From contig JBBPEB010000026.1 of NCBI GenBank assembly GCA_039096225.1, positions 841,357-905,356 of the forward strand: a DNA stretch of 64,000 bases, given 5' to 3'. Source of the DNA: Blastocystis sp. Blastoise. Taxonomy: Eukaryota; Protista; Bigyra: Opalinata. The notes beneath the pieces were generated by a model. The model made no database searches and was not told the origin of the DNA. It was given only the letters and a program-made list of their open reading frames with translations. The position numbers and the translations under genes were made by a program. Numbering within the stretch: the stretch's first letter is position 1; every line of letters starts with the position of its first letter. Positions 49,000-64,000 of this stretch are shown in pieces.

Positions 49000-51900
49000 T
49001 GAATATATTTTCCATTATGAATATATTTATACTATGGAATTAAATGAATGGAATCATGTGATATTCTCATTAATACCATTTTATAAAGATGATAGTTTTG
49101 ATATATGTATTATATATAATAGTGTAAAATATTTTGTATATTTCTCTCTTCTTTGTTATATAGATATTCATGACATTTAATAATCTATTTATTATTCTCT
49201 ACGTTTACTATTCTATTCTTATCATGTATATATATAGCAGTTTCTCAACTACTATTTTGAATCTCTCTATCTTTATCTCTATACTTTTAAATTAAATATT
49301 TTTATAAAAGTTATAAAACAACAAATATTATATATATCTATATAGATTTATATACGTTATTATCTTCTAAAAGTTCATACCTTTCATCTTCTTGCCTTCA
49401 ATCCATTATTCTTACCCTTACAACAATTCATATATCCCATTTGCAAGAATTATATTCTTAAGGGTTTCCAACAACTTGATGTATATAAATATATTGTATA
49501 ATATATATTATATATATATATTGTTTGTATAATATGTATCTACTATATTTAATAATAATAATATATATATATATATAGTACATAAATATTATATAGAGGA
49601 TGATTCATCTTATTCATTTGTAAGTTCATTTGATCTATTTAATATACTTACTACCATTATAATGTATATATATATATATATTTCTAACAATAAAAATTTA
49701 TAAGAATATATATATATATAGAGAGAAAACAATTCAAATATTAATCATTAAATAGCTATTTGAATGTTATCCTATATATATTCAATATATCCTATATTTG
49801 GTCTTTATTGTTTAAAATGAAATTAATTTTTTGGAATAAATGAATTGAATATTATGTTTGAATTGCTAGATTTGAAAATAGCTTATATTTGAATTATTTT
49901 TATGTTAAAAAATATCTTATTAATGAATATATAAATATATAGATTTATATAAGATATATTATTATCTAAGAATAAAAGAAATAAATTGTTGTATATGGTT
50001 TAGAAGTGTTAAAAGAAAGATATAAACATTATTAAATATACTAAACTTATATATATATTGAAATATCGATTATAAATGGAAGAAGAACTATTCTATAGGT
50101 ATATATATATTCTTATTATAGTTATAATTAATATATTTATTCTTATTATAGTTATATATTATTTATATATATTTTATAGTCATAAAAAACTTATATGCAT
50201 CTTGAACATCATTATGTTATTCTCCTATTAATGTAGTTACTTATATTTGTCTATTTAAAAATAGTTTATGAAATTTTTTTTAAATAATAAATATTATGAT
50301 TATAGAATAGTTTATGATATAAAGCATATAATACAATGAAACAAATTCATTCTGAATTTGAAGAAATTCTTAAAAAATAAATATTACTATTATTATTATA
50401 TGCAATAATAATAATAATAATACTATTGTATTTCCTTCTTCTATGCGATCGTCACAACAAAAAGATAAATCAAATCAAGCTTCTCTTTCACATTGGAATA
50501 ACACATTATTTACGCGATTATTTATGAATCGAAAAAGTCCTTCTGTGCTTTCAACTCCGAAATCTCATTCACCTATTCCACTTCGTTCAATGTCTCCTTC
50601 TATCTTTCCTTCTCCTTCTATTAATAATACAAATATTTCTCCTATTACAACTATACATAGATCTTCATCTACTATTCCTTCTTCTTCTTCTCATTCATTT
50701 ACAGATTCTTCTAATTATTCAACACAACCTTTATCATCTTCAACTATACCTATATCAAATGATTATACTCAATCATATTCTTCTATTCAAGAAAATAATA
50801 TATATTCTGATACATATATATATATATATCTCAAAAGACATGTTCTATCCTTTCTACATATTTAACTACAGAAAATGAAGAAGATACATCAAGTTTAATA
50901 AGTAGTAACATTTCTATGAATAGTAATAATAATTCAATAAATAGTGACAATTCAAATAAAGTTATATTAACTAATAAAATAGCTATAAACCATTATAATG
51001 ATTCAGAAAATGAATATATAAATAAGAATACATTAAGTCCTATGATTCTTCAAGATAAAGAATTATTTAAAAAGAAGAATAGTATAAATAGAATACCTCA
51101 AAATAATCGATTTCATTCAAATAGTATATCTACAGTATATGATAATAATAAACCATTAACAGAAACAACAGAATATTCTAAAACAAAACATTCATCATTA
51201 CGTCTTCTTAATCATTCTTTCTTCTTCTTCTTCTTCTATTCATAATTTATCTTCTACTATATAAGATAGCCTATCTACATATATATACATAATCAGTCTG
51301 AAACTACTCATTATAATACTCCTATTACTCTTCTTCCTTCTTCTAAATTATTTTATATAATATAAATATATATTCATCTACTCCTTCTATAGATATACAT
51401 TATTCAAATAATAATGATAATAATAATGAAGATAATACTAATATTCAATCAAATGATATATTAGATCCTACAGAACATTCTTTTAATATATATATATTCC
51501 ATTATCTATATCAACAGAAGATCAGAATTATACTATTAATAATTCTACAAAGAATAATAGTAATATCTCATATAATGAGAAAAATCAATCGTTAGTTCAC
51601 ATAAAAGAAGAACATAAGATTATGAAAACTGAAACTAATAATATGATTTATAATATTAATAGTATTATGAATAATAATAATACTAATGAAAATAATATCG
51701 CATACAATAATAATATGGTATTTATTTCTATTATTAATAATATCTCTTCTCTAAATAATACTGTTATTACTACTAACAATAATATAAATAATAATTTTAT
51801 AATTCAAAATAATAATATAAATAATAATTCTATGATTGCTATTAATAATAATATTTATATTTCTAATACTACTACTATTACTATTTCTACTCCTCTTAAT

Positions 51901-52700
51901 CATATACATACTACTGTTAGTAGTAGTCTTCCTCCTACATCATATACTATCCATTCTTTATCTAATCTATACAATACCATCTTTCTCTATGACTTCAGAA
52001 TCTCTTTCTTGTTATCATAATAATAGTTCTGATATGAATCATTTAACTAACTCTAATAGTATGCCTGTTCCTACATTCTCATCTAAATCAATTATTACTA
52101 GTACAACGACTGATAATCCTATTACTGCTATTACAACAGCAACTACTATTATTACTACTTCTTCTACTATATATTCTTATTATAAGACTAAACGAAGTCA
52201 TACTATATATTTATCTCCAATTCAATCATTACCGAGTTCTTTATCACCATTATTAGTTGCTACTACTATTATTACTATATCTTCGAATTCAAGGCTAACA
52301 ATCAAAACTAATTTTTATAATAATAATAATAATAATAATATGAATATAAATGATAATGAGGGTGTTACTTATCCTATTTCTCCTTCATTTCTTTCTTCTA
52401 CAGGTGTTTTTATTTGTTGAAGAGCTACTAAATATTCTTCATTATCCTATTATAATATGTTTCATTCACAAATAGGGAATCAATCTTATAATCATAATAA
52501 TAATAATATTTAAATAGATATTCATAAAGACATTAGTAATATTAATGATATTATTGATGTTAAAACTACTGCTAATAATAATTCAAATAATAATAAAAAT
52601 ATAAAGAATGATGAAAATGATTAAGATTTATTATTCATACTAAATTGAATTTTATAAAAAATAATATTAATGATATTATTATACAAATAGAATCATTCTT
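49000..52700 (+). pseudogene. Decayed gene: small 5' exons plus a long S/N/T-rich low-complexity exon broken into short ORFs
   Basis: Consecutive same-strand ORF fragments (50443, 50916, 51622, 51836) of similar composition, separated by frameshifts and stops. Confidence 0.5.
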
Positions 52701-53189
52701 ATTTGATTAATATGATATTTAGTTATATAATATAATAAAAATATATATTTAAATGAATTGATGATAATATTTGAATAGAATAATTATCAAATATAGTTAT
52801 TGAATAATATTAAATAATGTAAATTTCTATAATAGTAATATATTAGATAGATAAAATTGATGATAAACATATGATGATACATGAAATAGAAGTGGATTGT
52901 AAATTGTTATAATATATATAATAAAATTTCATTCAAATTTATTTTTATTAGATCCAGTTTTGGGTACCAAAATAACCGAAAAAAAAATAAAATCGATCTA
53001 ATATATTCCCAAAATGGGTATGTAATTCAACTAGATCCAAGAATATATTTTGTTTTTCTAAAAAGAAAAAAAATATAAAAAATAAGTGAAATTTTTCTAT
53101 TATTTTTCTTTTGAAATAAAGATTACTTTTTAAAAAATATATTCTGAATGAATAATTAATATAATTATTTAATTTTTTTACTAATTATT

Positions 53190-56100
53190 AAAGAAAGTGT
53201 TTGCCACCTGTGTAGTTGTAATAATGTATTTTTATTTGATACTCGAAAACTTAATTATAAATATTTTTATTTATTTATATTTATAGTTTATTGGCAATAC
53301 CTGACGTTATTAGACTATGATCTAGTTGTAATGAAACAGGAAGAAATATGTTCGACAAAGTATTGTAAATGTTGATAATTATTATTATTTATATATAGGT
53401 TAATCATAATTGGAATGATTCAGAACAATCTCACAAGGTATACAAACAGTTCTAAATCAAAATAAATTCAAAAAAAAATCAAAAAATAAATGAGAAAATG
53501 GGAGATCATTTGTTTTTGTATATATTTATTGTTTTATATTATTTATTTATTTTAGTTGAGAATATTGAAATTAATACTTTGATGTCATTCTGGTGTCTTG
53601 AATGTTCTAAATTATAAAACAAACAAAATCTTCAAAAATTCTTATAGGTAAATATTTATATACATATATATATATATCTTTATTTTGTTTGTCATTTAAT
53701 TCATATGTTTATTATATTAATTTAATTATACTAGATATAAATATATTGAAAATAGTTGTTTTACATTATATCTACTGTTAATTTGGTAATTCAATATTTT
53801 ATTATATATGTATAAAATTTATTTATTATTTCAATACTTTTTTTATATATATATTTTTTTATTGTATTTTTAATCTTATTTATTTCCTATATAGGAAATT
53901 TTAATTAGAAAATAATGTTTAAAACAATTTTAATTAAATATTATGTTATATTGAAATATTTTTATTATTATTAAGAAGAATTTATATACATATATATATA
54001 TATTGTTTTTATTTAATATATATGAATACATTTATATTTATTTATATTTAGGTTCAGATCGTATTATTATATATATAAAGAATAACAGAGAAATATAAAA
54101 GAGAGATTAGTAGTCTTGTAACTTGAATTATTATAGTATATATATATTTAGTTATTTATATTATTTGCTAAATTTATTTATATTATTTGTTATTTATTTA
54201 TTTGTATTATTTGTTATTCATTTATATTCTGCAGTCATATAAAAAGACTAGTAAACAGGAATACCTATTATGTGACTCACTCTATAGATTACTAGAGGTA
54301 TCTATAAGAAAATAGTATATATATATATATATATTAGTAATTTTTATTTATGTTATATTTTTTATTTATTTGTTATTAATTTATTTATTATTAATTTATT
54401 TATATTATTAGTAATATTATTATAGTTAGTATCTATATATTCTCCATATATAATTGTTGTTATTCTATATAAATCGTTATATATATATAAATGCTACTAA
54501 TACTATATTCTAGATCCATTTTCATTTCGTTCACTCCTCCTCTTCACCATCTTCATATAGTTATATATATATTTTATGTCTCTCCAGAATATGTAGTGTT
54601 TTCAACATATATATGTATATGTATATTATATTATTATAATTTTTTATTGCTATTATTTTTATTGTTTTTTTTTTCTTTTTTAAATGATATCATTTATATA
54701 TATAGGAATAGAATATAATTCTATATCTTCTTATATTTTCAATTTACTCAAGAATGAATACTTTAACATATTTATTATATATAAATGTAAAACATTCAGA
54801 TTTCCATGGGAATTAAGTCTACTGACCTTTTATGTCTCATGAAAAATAATATATTGTGTTGGTTTACTATTAATACTTTTTTCTGTATAAATACAGAAGG
54901 ATTAGAAAATCAATAACAAGTTTATAATTATAAGTATATAAACATATTATGATTATAATTATTGATATAATTATCTCTTACTTCAGTCTATTTTATTATT
55001 ACTCTTTTTTCTATTCATTGTGTATCTATTTATATATATATATATATAGGTATCGATTTCTATTCTAGACATCTCCCTCTCTTCCTCTCTAATAAACTCT
55101 TTATATTCCTGTTATTCACCTTGTCATGTTGATTCTATATTAGTTTCATTGCACAAGATTCATCTGTGTTCCAGAACATACTTAAAACTGTAGAATCTTT
55201 CAGTGATAATAATCAATATTTTTTTTATAAATATATATTATTGAAAGAAGTCCAGATCATATTGAAAAAGTATATTTATATATATATTTATTATTATAAT
55301 ATTATATATATAATATAGAACAGTAATTAATTAATTACCTATTTTTATACACACGAAAATATTTGTGTTTCTTTTTGTTCTACAGATATATTATATATCC
55401 GATGATTTTATACAATAGAAATATCTTTATGGATATAATAATGTTATTAATTATAAATTGTATATATATATATATATATATATAGTTCCTATTAGTTAAT
55501 AAATTTGTCTTCTCTTAAATTATCGACTTGCTTATTTACTGTTTCTAAAGAATTCTTTCTTTCTAAGGTGACTCCTATGAATATAACATTATGAAATACT
55601 ATTATTAATTATATTCTAGATAACTTCAATATTATTAAGTATATATATTTATTGTTTTTATTCAGTATTATTTATCTATTATATATATAGATCTGATTCT
55701 TCTATAATGAAGATATTGACTACTATAAAATGGTTTCCTAATAATTTTAATAAATTATATATACCTTCAGAATTATATAATCTTATGGATATCTCTATGA
55801 AAACATTATTATCTGAACTATATCATGCTTTTCGATATATTAATGTTTTATTATCAATATATATTTGATTTATTAGGAATTAATTAAATTATACATAGAA
55901 TAGTTATTTAAGAATATGTTATAATGTAGATGATAAATTTAAGAAGATAAAAAAAATAATAATAATAAAGAAAATATTGATTGATATATACAACTATACA
56001 ATTTATTATTATGTTATTTAAATAAAGAATAAAATAGGTTTTTAATTTCTTCAAATTCAAAAGGTTTCCTTTCATTTTTCTATGAGAATGAAGGAAAAAA

Positions 56101-57300
56101 AGAGTATCTATATCTGTGTGCTGAATAATTCTTAAAAAAACTTAAAGAAGTATATATAAGTTATTATTGTTATTTTTTTATGTTTATTATATTATATATA
56201 TATTCTAGAATCCATTTATTAATATATATTCTACTCCTCCTTCTTCTATATCACAATCAAAATCTACTATAACTACATTATTCTATGATTTAAATGAAAA
56301 TATTTATATGAATAAGTGTTGGTTAGCTTCTTCAAATTATTCTATTATTACTAAAAAAACAAGTATATATATATATATATAGTATTATATATAATTATTT
56401 TCTGATCTTATTCAATCATTATAATTAGCAACTCACTTTTCTTAAGAAATATTATTAAAATAATTAATATGTATTAATTTTCTGTATAAAAAAAGAATTA
56501 CTCTTAATATTTATTGAAATCAATTAAAAATATATGTGTAACTATATATGAACAATTATTTACTATTAAGAATGAATCTACTAAACCTACTCTTCTTCCT
56601 CTAGAACTAATTTCAGGTATATATAAAATTGGGTCCATTCCTCTTTCTAAGGTGAATAAATATATTATTATAACTAAACAATAAATACTGGATTCTATTA
56701 AAGAACTATTAAATAATATAAAATGAATTAAAACTAATATAAAATTTAGAAGAATATATTCTGGTTTCATATTTCCTTTAGAAACTAATTATTTATTTAT
56801 ATATAAAGTTTTTATTATTATCTACATATATTGAACAATTAAAAGTATTGAAAAGTCGAAATAATATTGGAAATAAGATTATAGACAAGTATATATATAT
56901 ATATTATTATTATAATTATATATATAATATTGTTATTGATGTATATATTTAGATATTAATACATACAAAGATAAATAGAATGATACTATTTCTTCCTTTG
57001 ATCTTTTGGTTATTCTCTTTGTATGTTGTTAACTTTAGTTCTTTCGAATTCGAAGAGTATTATTTTGAATGTTTTCATTTAATTATATCTTCTATTATAT
57101 ATTATTATTATATATATTATATCTATAAACTTATTTTTTATAGTCTAAGTATTTTATTAAATTATTCACTGAATTATACTATAATAGATAAGAATGAATT
57201 TAATGATAAAAATAAATAATAATGATATAATCAATAGGAGTAATAAACATATATTTCTAAAGGAAAAATAGTCTATGCTATATATATATTCTTTAATAAG
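53190..57300 (+). pseudogene. Decayed multi-exon gene relic(s), product unknown
   Basis: Regular GTAT...TATAG intron-like units separating coding-like blocks (e.g. SDSSIMKILTTIKWFPNNFNKLYIPSELYNLMDISMKTLLSELYHAF) with many stops. Confidence 0.4.
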
Positions 57301-57983
57301 TTCTTTTATATCTTTACAACATATATATAATTACTATTCCATGTTATTACTCCTTTTTATTATTTACTAAATAATATATATATATTCGTTTATACTATTA
57401 TTTTTATTTCTTCTTGTAATTAATATCATAAGAATATAAATTAGTTTATTATTAATGTTTCTACCTAAATAACTATTAGTTTTCTATATATATAGTTTTG
57501 TTTATAATAATAATATTTTTTTACACTTTTATTTCTATTAATATTCTTTAAATTGATTCATTTAAAACTTAGTTCTTTACACATTTATTTCTATGAGTAT
57601 GTAAAAATAAGAAAAACAAATAATTATAAATAAAAAATATTTTTAAAGAATTAGTAAATCAGTTTGTGAAAGTATATCAAATTAAACATTTTCTTATTTT
57701 AAATGATATAATTATTGTAATGAAATACTATATAATCATTATAGTATCTCGATTAAACTCAATATAGTTTTTATTTCATTTATTATTGGTTGTTATTCTT
57801 TCAATAACCTAATATCACTTGTCATAACATAAATTAAAATATCATAATTATTATATTATGAATATACAGTGATATTTGAACTATACTGACTTTTTTAGTA
57901 TTCAGTATCTTGAGGAAAAAAGAAGAAATCATCATAGGGTAGAATTTTCAGAGTTTTCGTATATATAAAAATTTTATACATAT

Positions 57984-58001
57984 TTTAGGGTTAGGGGTTA
58001 G
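57984..58001 (+). repeat. Short interstitial telomere-like tract
   Basis: TTTAGGGTTAGGGGTTAG, same orientation as the terminal array; a smaller TTAGGGTTAG occurs at ~58797-58806. Confidence 0.6.
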
Positions 58002-61000
58002 ATTATTATTTGACATAAAAGTTTTTCACATAAATCTTTTTATTATTGATTTTTTACGATTGTTTTTTTTTATTTCTAATGGTATTTATGGTTATTTATA
58101 AATATATTTTATTTTATAGTTATCATTTATGACTTAAATAAATAGGAGATGAACACAATTTTTTCTCTTGGATTAAGATATGTTCTTATTTTACTATTTA
58201 TCTACTCTCTATAATTAGGAATATTTCTTTAGTGCTCTACTGATCAGGAATGACTTGTTTTGAAATGTATGTTTTTAACATTTCTTAATAATAGTTATAA
58301 TTGGCTTCTTTTAGCTGGTGGTCCTTGAAGTGTAATCATTGATTGATGTGCGTGTTTAATATATATTATTTATAATTATTTTTTTATTCCTTTTTATTTT
58401 ATACTATATATAGTATTTCAGAATAATCATATAATTGAAGATAAGATGATGTTTTATGTGTTTATATAAGGTGTATAATTTATTATTATTCAATTATCAA
58501 CATTTTTATAATTACATTTCTATAGTCTTTAAAAATGGTCAAAAAACGACACACTGCATGAATACTAAACATATAAAAAAATTTATGTTAGTTTATTAAT
58601 TATTTATGTATTATTTTTTATTAGTTTATTATTTTTCTGTTTATAATACTATTAAATGAAAATGAGTTGTTTTGGGATTAAAAAGGATATTAATTAAATA
58701 TGAAATGACTTATTAAACCCTTTTATATATCATTAATACCCATATTATGTTAATTAAATAATATATATGTTTTATTTCTCATGTATTTTTATTTGCTTAG
58801 GGTTAGAACCAAATACATTTCTGAAATTGCTTCTTAAAAAAATATTGGGTCTGATAGTAGTGTCATATACGTTATATGGTGTTGACTTTAGAGTCTAAAT
58901 GTGATTTTTTATTTCTATTTAGTGCTTTTCTAGAGGATGATAGTAATCAGGCTAAGGGTCATTTAAAAAAGAAAAATAAAAAAATATCTATTTGTAAAAA
59001 TGTTCTATATGTCAAAGAATCTATATAAAGTAAAAAAAATAATATTAATGTTGTATAGTGATCACTTATAAAGAAATAAAAACAAACTAATTTTTCTTTT
59101 AAATTATGAATAGTAAATAAATAATTCTATGAAATATTTAGAATTGTAAAAGAAGTTAAATAAAAATAATTTAAAAATTTTAATTTGCTATTTTTAGATA
59201 TAAATAAAATTAATATATGAAAAAAAATAAAATTTTAAAAAGAAAATAATTTTTGTAATTCTTGTTTTGGAATAGATTTTAGTGTCATAAATTCATTTTT
59301 AATTATGTGTTATATATATAAGATTTATATATATTATTAATGATAATCCATAAATTAGTAATATTAAAGAATTATTTATCATATATAGATAATCATAATC
59401 ATATTTTTTTCTTATTTTTATTATATAAATAAATATTAATAAAAAATATAATATTTATTTTTATAGATATATATTATTAATTTTATTATTATATACAATT
59501 TGAAAACAGATTATTTTTAATTAGAAATATATATATAATATTAAAAGAAATTATTCTTAAAGTGATAAATGTTTTTTTATTAATAAAATATTTTAATTAA
59601 TTCTTAAAATATATAAAACATTATAGTGTTATAAATTTAAATAAAAATTTATATTAAATGATAATACGTAGAAAATACATATGTGTTGATATATAATTAT
59701 AATAGATTCAAATGTTATATTTTAATTTATTTTATTATTATAAAATATATATAAATTGTTTTATAAAATATTTTTTATATATTTTAATGTCAATGATTTA
59801 TTTTTATTAAATGAATTTATAATTTATATTTATAAATATAATTATTTAATTAATATAATATTTATTATAATGTTAATGATTTTAATGATATTTAAGCATT
59901 AATAAATAAAAGATAAGAATTATGTATTAAATTATTTATTTAAATAATGAATTAAATATTTTTAAAATAATATTCACATTCATTTATTTATAAATTATTT
60001 TTTATACTTTATTTATTCATTCGATATTCTATTAATAATATGGAATTCAAAATATATTTGATAATAAATTATTCTTTGAATAAGATATTTGTTTTTTATT
60101 AAGATTAAATGAATTTTTTATAATTTTTATGTAGTTTAATTATTTAATTATTTATTTTATTTATAAAAATGGATTGAATTATGAATAAGTTATATTAATA
60201 TAAAAGAATTCATTTAAATGTGATACTAGAAATTTTTTTAATATAAATTATATTTATATATATATATTGAATAAATATATTAATAAAATATAAATGAAAT
60301 AGTATTTGAATATATAATATATATATATTTTTATTAAAAAATGATTATTTCCAAAGTATTTTATGATAATATTTTATATTATAATAGTTATTTTACATTT
60401 AACATAATGAATTGTATTTAATAATAATCATTGTTTTATAATAAATAATATTATTAAATAATACTATTAAATTAATATAGAAAATATTACAAACAAATAT
60501 ATTTATTAATTAATAAGAAAAATTTTTAATTAATAAATATATATGTAATTTTTAAATGAAAATAAATATTGATTTATGAATGATATTTAAATTAAAAAAA
60601 TTAAAATAATGAAAATGATTTAAAAATATAATTTTTATTAAATATTAATATAAAATCTATTTAAATTATTGAATTACAAATTAAAATAATATTTTATATG
60701 AATTAATCAATTGATGAAATAAAATTGCATTGAAATTGTTTAATATTAGAAATATTCTTATAAATAATATTACTTTTTATTTATACATATATATAATAAT
60801 GAATGAAGATAATCATATATATATATGAATTCATTATATATGTAAATATATCTATTTGAATAATAGAAAAGATGTTATTCAAATTTTTAGTTTGTTATAT
60901 ATATATAAAATTATTTATAATATATACTAAGAAATTATATTAGTTTTTAATATATATATATATATATAATTGAGAAGAAAAATTAAAATTAAATTTTTAT

Positions 61001-61539
61001 TTATATTTTTATTTCTGAATGTATAAAAGCATATAATTTATAAGTAATAATTCAATTAGTAATGAATGTTTTATAGAATATTTATGATATTCATTAGAAT
61101 TATGTTAATTAATGTTTATACGATAAAATAATAATGAATATATGTATATATATACATATAATTACAAATAATTATAAAATATTAATTTTTTTAATAACAA
61201 ACACTAATTTTTAAAATAATTGATATATTTGATTATTTTGTGTAAAGAATAATAAAGTTAGATGATAATCAATGGAAAATATAGAATTTATGAATAATTT
61301 GACTTATTACTATAATATTTATAAATAATCTTGATTATTAATTGAAGAAGCTTAATTTATATATAAAACAAAATTAGGTAGAATAAATAGTAGCTTAGAG
61401 TCTAATATGACAAATAAGTGTAATGTTTTGTTCTAGTATAGGTGTATGTAAGTCATATAGATAATAATGAGTACCTAGGAGTATATAGGAGACTTGATAA
61501 GTCATTCATAACAAAAAAATTAATAAGTAATCATTTTTA

Positions 61540-62487
61540 AATATAATGAAATATTTATGAAATTTATGACTTTTTGAGTGTAATTTGATGAATAATCGTG
61601 ATTATGTTCTAAGCTTGATTATATATATATAAAATGATATTTTTATGATTATTGAAGAGTTCTAGAGTAAAATTGAATAAATACCCGTGATTATTTTTGA
61701 AAGTTGATGATTTTAAATATAATGATACATTTATGATTATTTATGTTATCCAAAGTAAAATTTGGTAGATAATCGTGATTATTTTTGAAAGTAAGATATT
61801 TTTATAGAAAACGATAGACTTATGTATATATATGACATATAGAGTGTTATATGGGATATTTCAGTAATTATTTAGAAAATTATTATATTTTTATACAAAA
61901 CCATAGACTCATCTATGTTATAAGTCTTATAGGTTTTCTGTAACATATTTAGGTGGTATTTTATGAGACTCGAGTATTTTACGGATCATGATAATATTAT
62001 GATTATTTATGATTTATAGAGTCTTATTTGATAAATTCCCATGATTATTTTTGAAAATTGATTATTTTTACATATAATGATATATTTATGGTTATTTATG
62101 ACTTCTAGAGTATAATTTTATATATTCCTGTGATTATTTTTGAAAGTAAGATATTTTCATAGATAACAAAATACTTATGCATATATATGAGGTATAGAGT
62201 GCTATGTAATATACCTTAGTGTCTCTTTTAAAAACTAAGATATATTTGAGTCAAATAAGTTAGGGTTATATGTATATATGATTTATAGGTGTTTTATGAC
62301 ATAATCATGTGACTGTTCATGAAAGTTGAGTATTTTATATACAATGACACATTTATGATTATTTTTGACTTATAGAGTGTTATTTGATAAATTCCCATGA
62401 TTATTTTTGAAAATTGATTATTTTTAGATATAATGATATATTTATGATTATTTGCGACTTCTAGAGTATAACTTGATAAATTCCCGT

Positions 62488-62489
<2 letters not shown>
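61540..62489 (+). repeat. Telomere-associated satellite: ~89-bp monomers with a ~355-bp tetramer higher-order repeat
   Basis: The TGATTATTTTTGAAA anchor or its degenerate equivalent occurs at 61599, 61688, 61776, ~61865, ~61954, 62042, 62131, ~62220, ~62310, 62398 and 62487. Best matches are four units apart. Confidence 0.85.
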
Positions 62490-62530
<41 letters not shown>

Positions 62531-63150
62531 GGTTAGGGTTAGGGTTAGGGTTAGGGTTAGGGTTAGGGTTAGGGTTAGGGTTAGGGTTAGGGTTAGGGTT
62601 AGGGTTAGGGTTAGGGTTAGGGTTAGGGTTAGGGTTAGGGTTAGGGTTAGGGTTAGGGTTAGGGTTAGGGTTAGGGTTAGGGTTAGGGTTAGGGTTAGGG
62701 TTAGGGTTAGGGTTAGGGTTAGGGTTAGGGTTAGGGTTAGGGTTAGGGTTAGGGTTAGGGTTAGGGTTAGGGTTAGGGTTAGGGTTAGGGTTAGGGTTAG
62801 GGTTAGGGTTAGGGTTAGGGTTAGGGTTAGGGTTAGGGTTAGGGTTAGGGTTAGGGTTAGGGTTAGGGTTAGGGTTAGGGTTAGGGTTAGGGTTAGGGTT
62901 AGGGTTAGGGTTAGGGTTAGGGTTAGGGTTAGGGTTAGGGTTAGGGTTAGGGTTAGGGTTAGGGTTAGGGTTAGGGTTAGGGTTAGGGTTAGGGTTAGGG
63001 TTAGGGTTAGGGTTAGGGTTAGGGTTAGGGTTAGGGTTAGGGTTAGGGTTAGGGTTAGGGTTAGGGTTAGGGTTAGGGTTAGGGTTAGGGTTAGGGTTAG
63101 GGTTAGGGTTAGGGTTAGGGTTAGGGTTAGGGTTAGGGTTAGGGTTAGGG

Positions 63151-63191
<41 letters not shown>

Positions 63192-64000
63192 GGTTAGGGT
63201 TAGGGTTAGGGTTAGGGTTAGGGTTAGGGTTAGGGTTAGGGTTAGGGTTAGGGTTAGGGTTAGGGTTAGGGTTAGGGTTAGGGTTAGGGTTAGGGTTAGG
63301 GTTAGGGTTAGGGGTAGGGTTAGGGTTAGGGTTAGGGTTAGGGTTAGGGTTAGGGTTAGGGTTAGGGTTAGGGTTAGGGTTAGGGTTAGGGTTAGGGTTA
63401 GGGTTAGGGTTAGGGTTAGGGTTAGGGTTAGGGTTAGGGTTAGGGTTAGGGTTAGGGTTAGGGTTAGGGTTAGGGTAAGGGTTAGGGTTAGGGTTAGGGT
63501 TAGGGTTAGGGTTAGGGTTAGGGTTAGGGTTAGGGTTAGGGTTAGGGTTAGGGTTAGGGTTAGGGTTAGGGTTAGGGTTAGGGTTAGGGTTAGGGGTAGG
63601 GTTAGGGTTAGGGTTAGGGTTAGGGTTAGGGTTAGGGTTAGGGTTAGGGTTAGGGTTTTAGGGTTAGGGTTAGTTAGGGTTAGGGTTAGGGTTAGGGTTA
63701 GGGTTAGGGTTAGGGTTAGGGTTAGGGTTAGGGTTAGGGTTAGGGTTAGGGTTAGGGTTAGGGTTAGGGTTAGGGTTAGGGTTAGGGTTAGGGTTAGGGT
63801 TAGGGTTAGGGTTAGGGTTAGGGTTAGGGTTAGGGTTAGGGTTAGGGTTAGGGTTAGGGTTAGGGTTAGGGTTAGGGTTAGGGTTAGGGTTAGGGTTAGG
63901 GTTAGGGTTAGGGTTAGGGTTAGGGTTAGGGTTAGGGTTAGGGTTAGGGTTAGGGTTAGGGTTAGGGTTAGGGTTAGGGTTAGGGTTAGGGTTAGGGTTA
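62490..64000 (+). repeat. Telomere (TTAGGG)n
   Basis: About 250 units to the end of the window, G-rich strand running 5'->3' toward the end, with rare variants (TTTAGGG, TAAGGG, GTAGGG). Confidence 0.99.

Noticed and set aside
48800-58960. A possible further Pack element enclosing the distal gene relics
   Set aside because: No matching CACT...AGTG TIR pair with a TSD was found by eye.
61540-62489. Regularly spaced repeats resembling a CRISPR array
   Set aside because: The 'spacers' are homologous to each other, the context is a eukaryotic subtelomere, and there are no cas genes.

Overview
Very AT-rich eukaryotic chromosome end. Genes have many short GT(AT)...(TA)TAG introns and the window finishes in about 1.5 kb of (TTAGGG)n. 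A Blastocystis-like stramenopile is my inference from intron size and gene families; the sequence does not prove it. Host genes: an E-rich repeat protein with microtubule-binding-like motifs (cut by the window start), an FKRP/LicD-like enzyme, a fucosyltransferase-like enzyme, a GT-A-like enzyme, a damaged LRR-like gene, a TLDc gene and several decayed gene relics. The main result is a set of three CACTA (EnSpm) superfamily elements, two of them carrying host genes. (1) A 15.9-kb element (15282-31192, TIR CACTGGTAGGCA) encodes an apparently intact 5-exon transposase, a divergent orphan gene, and a captured Tudor-PHD-bromodomain-PHD chromatin-reader gene whose ~1430-codon core is still open. 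(2) A 7.07-kb non-autonomous 'Pack-CACTA' (39329-46399, perfect 13-bp TIR CACTATGAGGCAG, perfect AAT TSD) carries an intron-containing alanyl-tRNA synthetase pseudogene and splits the first exon of the TLDc gene; removing it restores the frame. (3) A 1.5-kb CACTC element has ~44-bp TIRs and a TAA TSD. The telomere is joined at a TTA microhomology to an 89-bp satellite with a ~355-bp tetramer higher-order structure. All calls were made by eye, without database searches.
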